Assembly (NCBI RefSeq): GCF_028368995.1
Contig: NZ_JAQNDL010000001.1
Location: forward strand, 1,216,001-1,280,000
Direction: 5' to 3'
DNA length: 64,000 nucleotides
Source of the DNA: Nannocystis bainbridge
GTDB taxonomy: Bacteria > Myxococcota_A > Polyangia > Nannocystales > Nannocystaceae
Position numbers and translations under genes: made by a program. The notes beneath the pieces were generated by a model. The model saw nothing but the letters and a program-made list of their open reading frames with translations, ran no database searches and was not told where the DNA came from. Below, piece after piece: positions 62,893 to 64,000 of the stretch (position 1 is its first letter; every line of letters begins with the position of its first letter).

Positions 62893-63063
62893 GTTTTGCG
62901 GCTTTGCCAAACTTTTGCCAAAACCCGGGCCAATCCGGGTCGCACCGGTCCAGACCGGGAAATCCAGAACCCCTCAGAACGCCCGAATTCGTGGGATTAC
63001 GACCCGGTCGGGGTCTGGGCGGGCGGCCTGAGGGGCCTGGGGATTGTTCCTCTCCTATTATTT
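62893..63063. other. putative attR of the integrative element
   Basis: Tandem TTTGCCAAA repeats (arm-type-site-like) ~130 bp from an abrupt junction into the GH44 reading frame at ~63047. Confidence 0.55.
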
Positions 63064-63823
63064 GCAGGCCATGGCCGACGCCGAGGCGCAGGAGGGGCAC
63101 CGCATCGTCGACGTGCTCGACCTCCACTGGTACACCGAGGTCTACGCCGACGGCCAGCGCATCACCGGCGACGACAACTCGCCCGCCTCCGTCGAAGCCC
63201 GCGTGCAGGCCCCGCGCTCGCTGTGGGACGACACGTTCCACGAGGACAGCTGGATCGCCAACGACGTCCTCCAGGGCCCCGTGCGCCTGCTGCCGTGGCT
63301 CAGGGAGCGCATCGACGAGCACTACCCCGGCACCGGCCTCGGCTTCACCGAGTACAACTACGGCGGCGGCGGCCACATCTCCGGCGCCATCGCCCAGGCC
63401 GACGTGCTCGGCATCTTCGGCCGCGAGGCCGTGACGATGGCCGCCTACTGGGCCCTGACCGATCAGACCTCGATGATCTGGGCCGCCTTCCGCGCCTTTA
63501 CCAGCTACGACGGCCAGGGCGGCAAGTTCGGCGACACCTCGATCCACGCCGCGACCTCCGACGTCGCCGCCACCAGCGTCTACGCCAGCACCGACGTCGC
63601 CGACCCCGCGCGCACCGTGATCGTCGCCATCAACAAGACCGCCGGGCCGCTGACCGCCGCGGTCAGCCTGGCCGCCTACGCCAACTACTCGAAGGTCGCC
63701 GTGTGGCAGCTGACCGGCCCGCAGCCGGAGTTGGTCGCCGGGGCCGATCTCTCACTGGCCGCCACCAACGCGCTCCTCTACGCGATGCCGGCTTACAGCG
63801 TCAGCGTGCTCGTCCCGCAGTGA
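63047..63823 (+). pseudogene. glycoside hydrolase family 44 (endoglucanase), 5' half missing
   Basis: FLSYYL..M, DVLDLHWY, VQAPRSLWD, ESWI-like DSWI, FTEYNYGG (nucleophile), AQADVLGIFG; N-terminal NEP region absent. Confidence 0.85.
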
Positions 63824-64000
63824 GCGTGCGTGCGGCGTGCTCGGCGACCTCGTCGCCGGTCACGCCTCACACCGTGGCGCCGCCGGCTTCGATGATCGTC
63901 CGATACTGACATTATCGAGGTACCGCCATCGGCGAGTCCGCGTGGCGGGGAACAGCCTGGCCACGCTCCGGGCACGTCGTCGGCATATCAGGGTCGTGCT

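Noticed and set aside
62700-63046. tRNA/tmRNA at the integration site
   Set aside because: No cloverleaf, T-loop or CCA end recognisable.
63041-63070. XerCD dif-like site at the GH44 junction
   Set aside because: AT-rich, but a poor match to the XerD arm TTATGTTAAAT.

Overview
GC-rich DNA that looks myxobacterial (Nannocystis-like, judged from a MYXO-CTERM protein, Thr/Gly-rich lipoproteins and Ser/Thr kinases). Most of the window (1 to ~63046) looks like the right-hand part of a large, partly decayed integrative element. Its right boundary is marked by a frameshifted tyrosine-integrase arm-domain remnant, arm-type TTTGCCAAA repeats and an abrupt junction into the middle of a GH44 glycoside hydrolase gene. 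The left 13.6 kb is a tightly coupled minus-strand operon of 12 genes. It encodes two beta-rich candidate shell proteins, several membrane-anchored proteins, a signal-anchored lytic transglycosylase-like protein, a low-GC lipoprotein/large membrane protein pair, a basic Lys/Pro/Ala-rich protein and a large DarB-like N6-methylase/SNF2 helicase with one frameshift. The DarB-like protein shares an N-terminal ~32-aa motif with the protein encoded just upstream. This operon is the best candidate for an undescribed virus-like or DNA-delivery system, but that role is inferred. The rest is cargo: two OmpR-type two-component systems around a CzcCBA-like RND pump, a poly-acidic lipoprotein, Kup, a DGPF protein, orphan immunity-like genes, a small HTH/sigma-like/kinase module, a bacteriocin-like pair, a hybrid sensor kinase, aconitase and SDR/AraC. 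Mobile debris includes IS21, IS66, IS630 and IS91-like remnants, an IS21-type MITE with an intact target-site duplication, and many gene fragments. No tRNA, rRNA or CRISPR array was seen.
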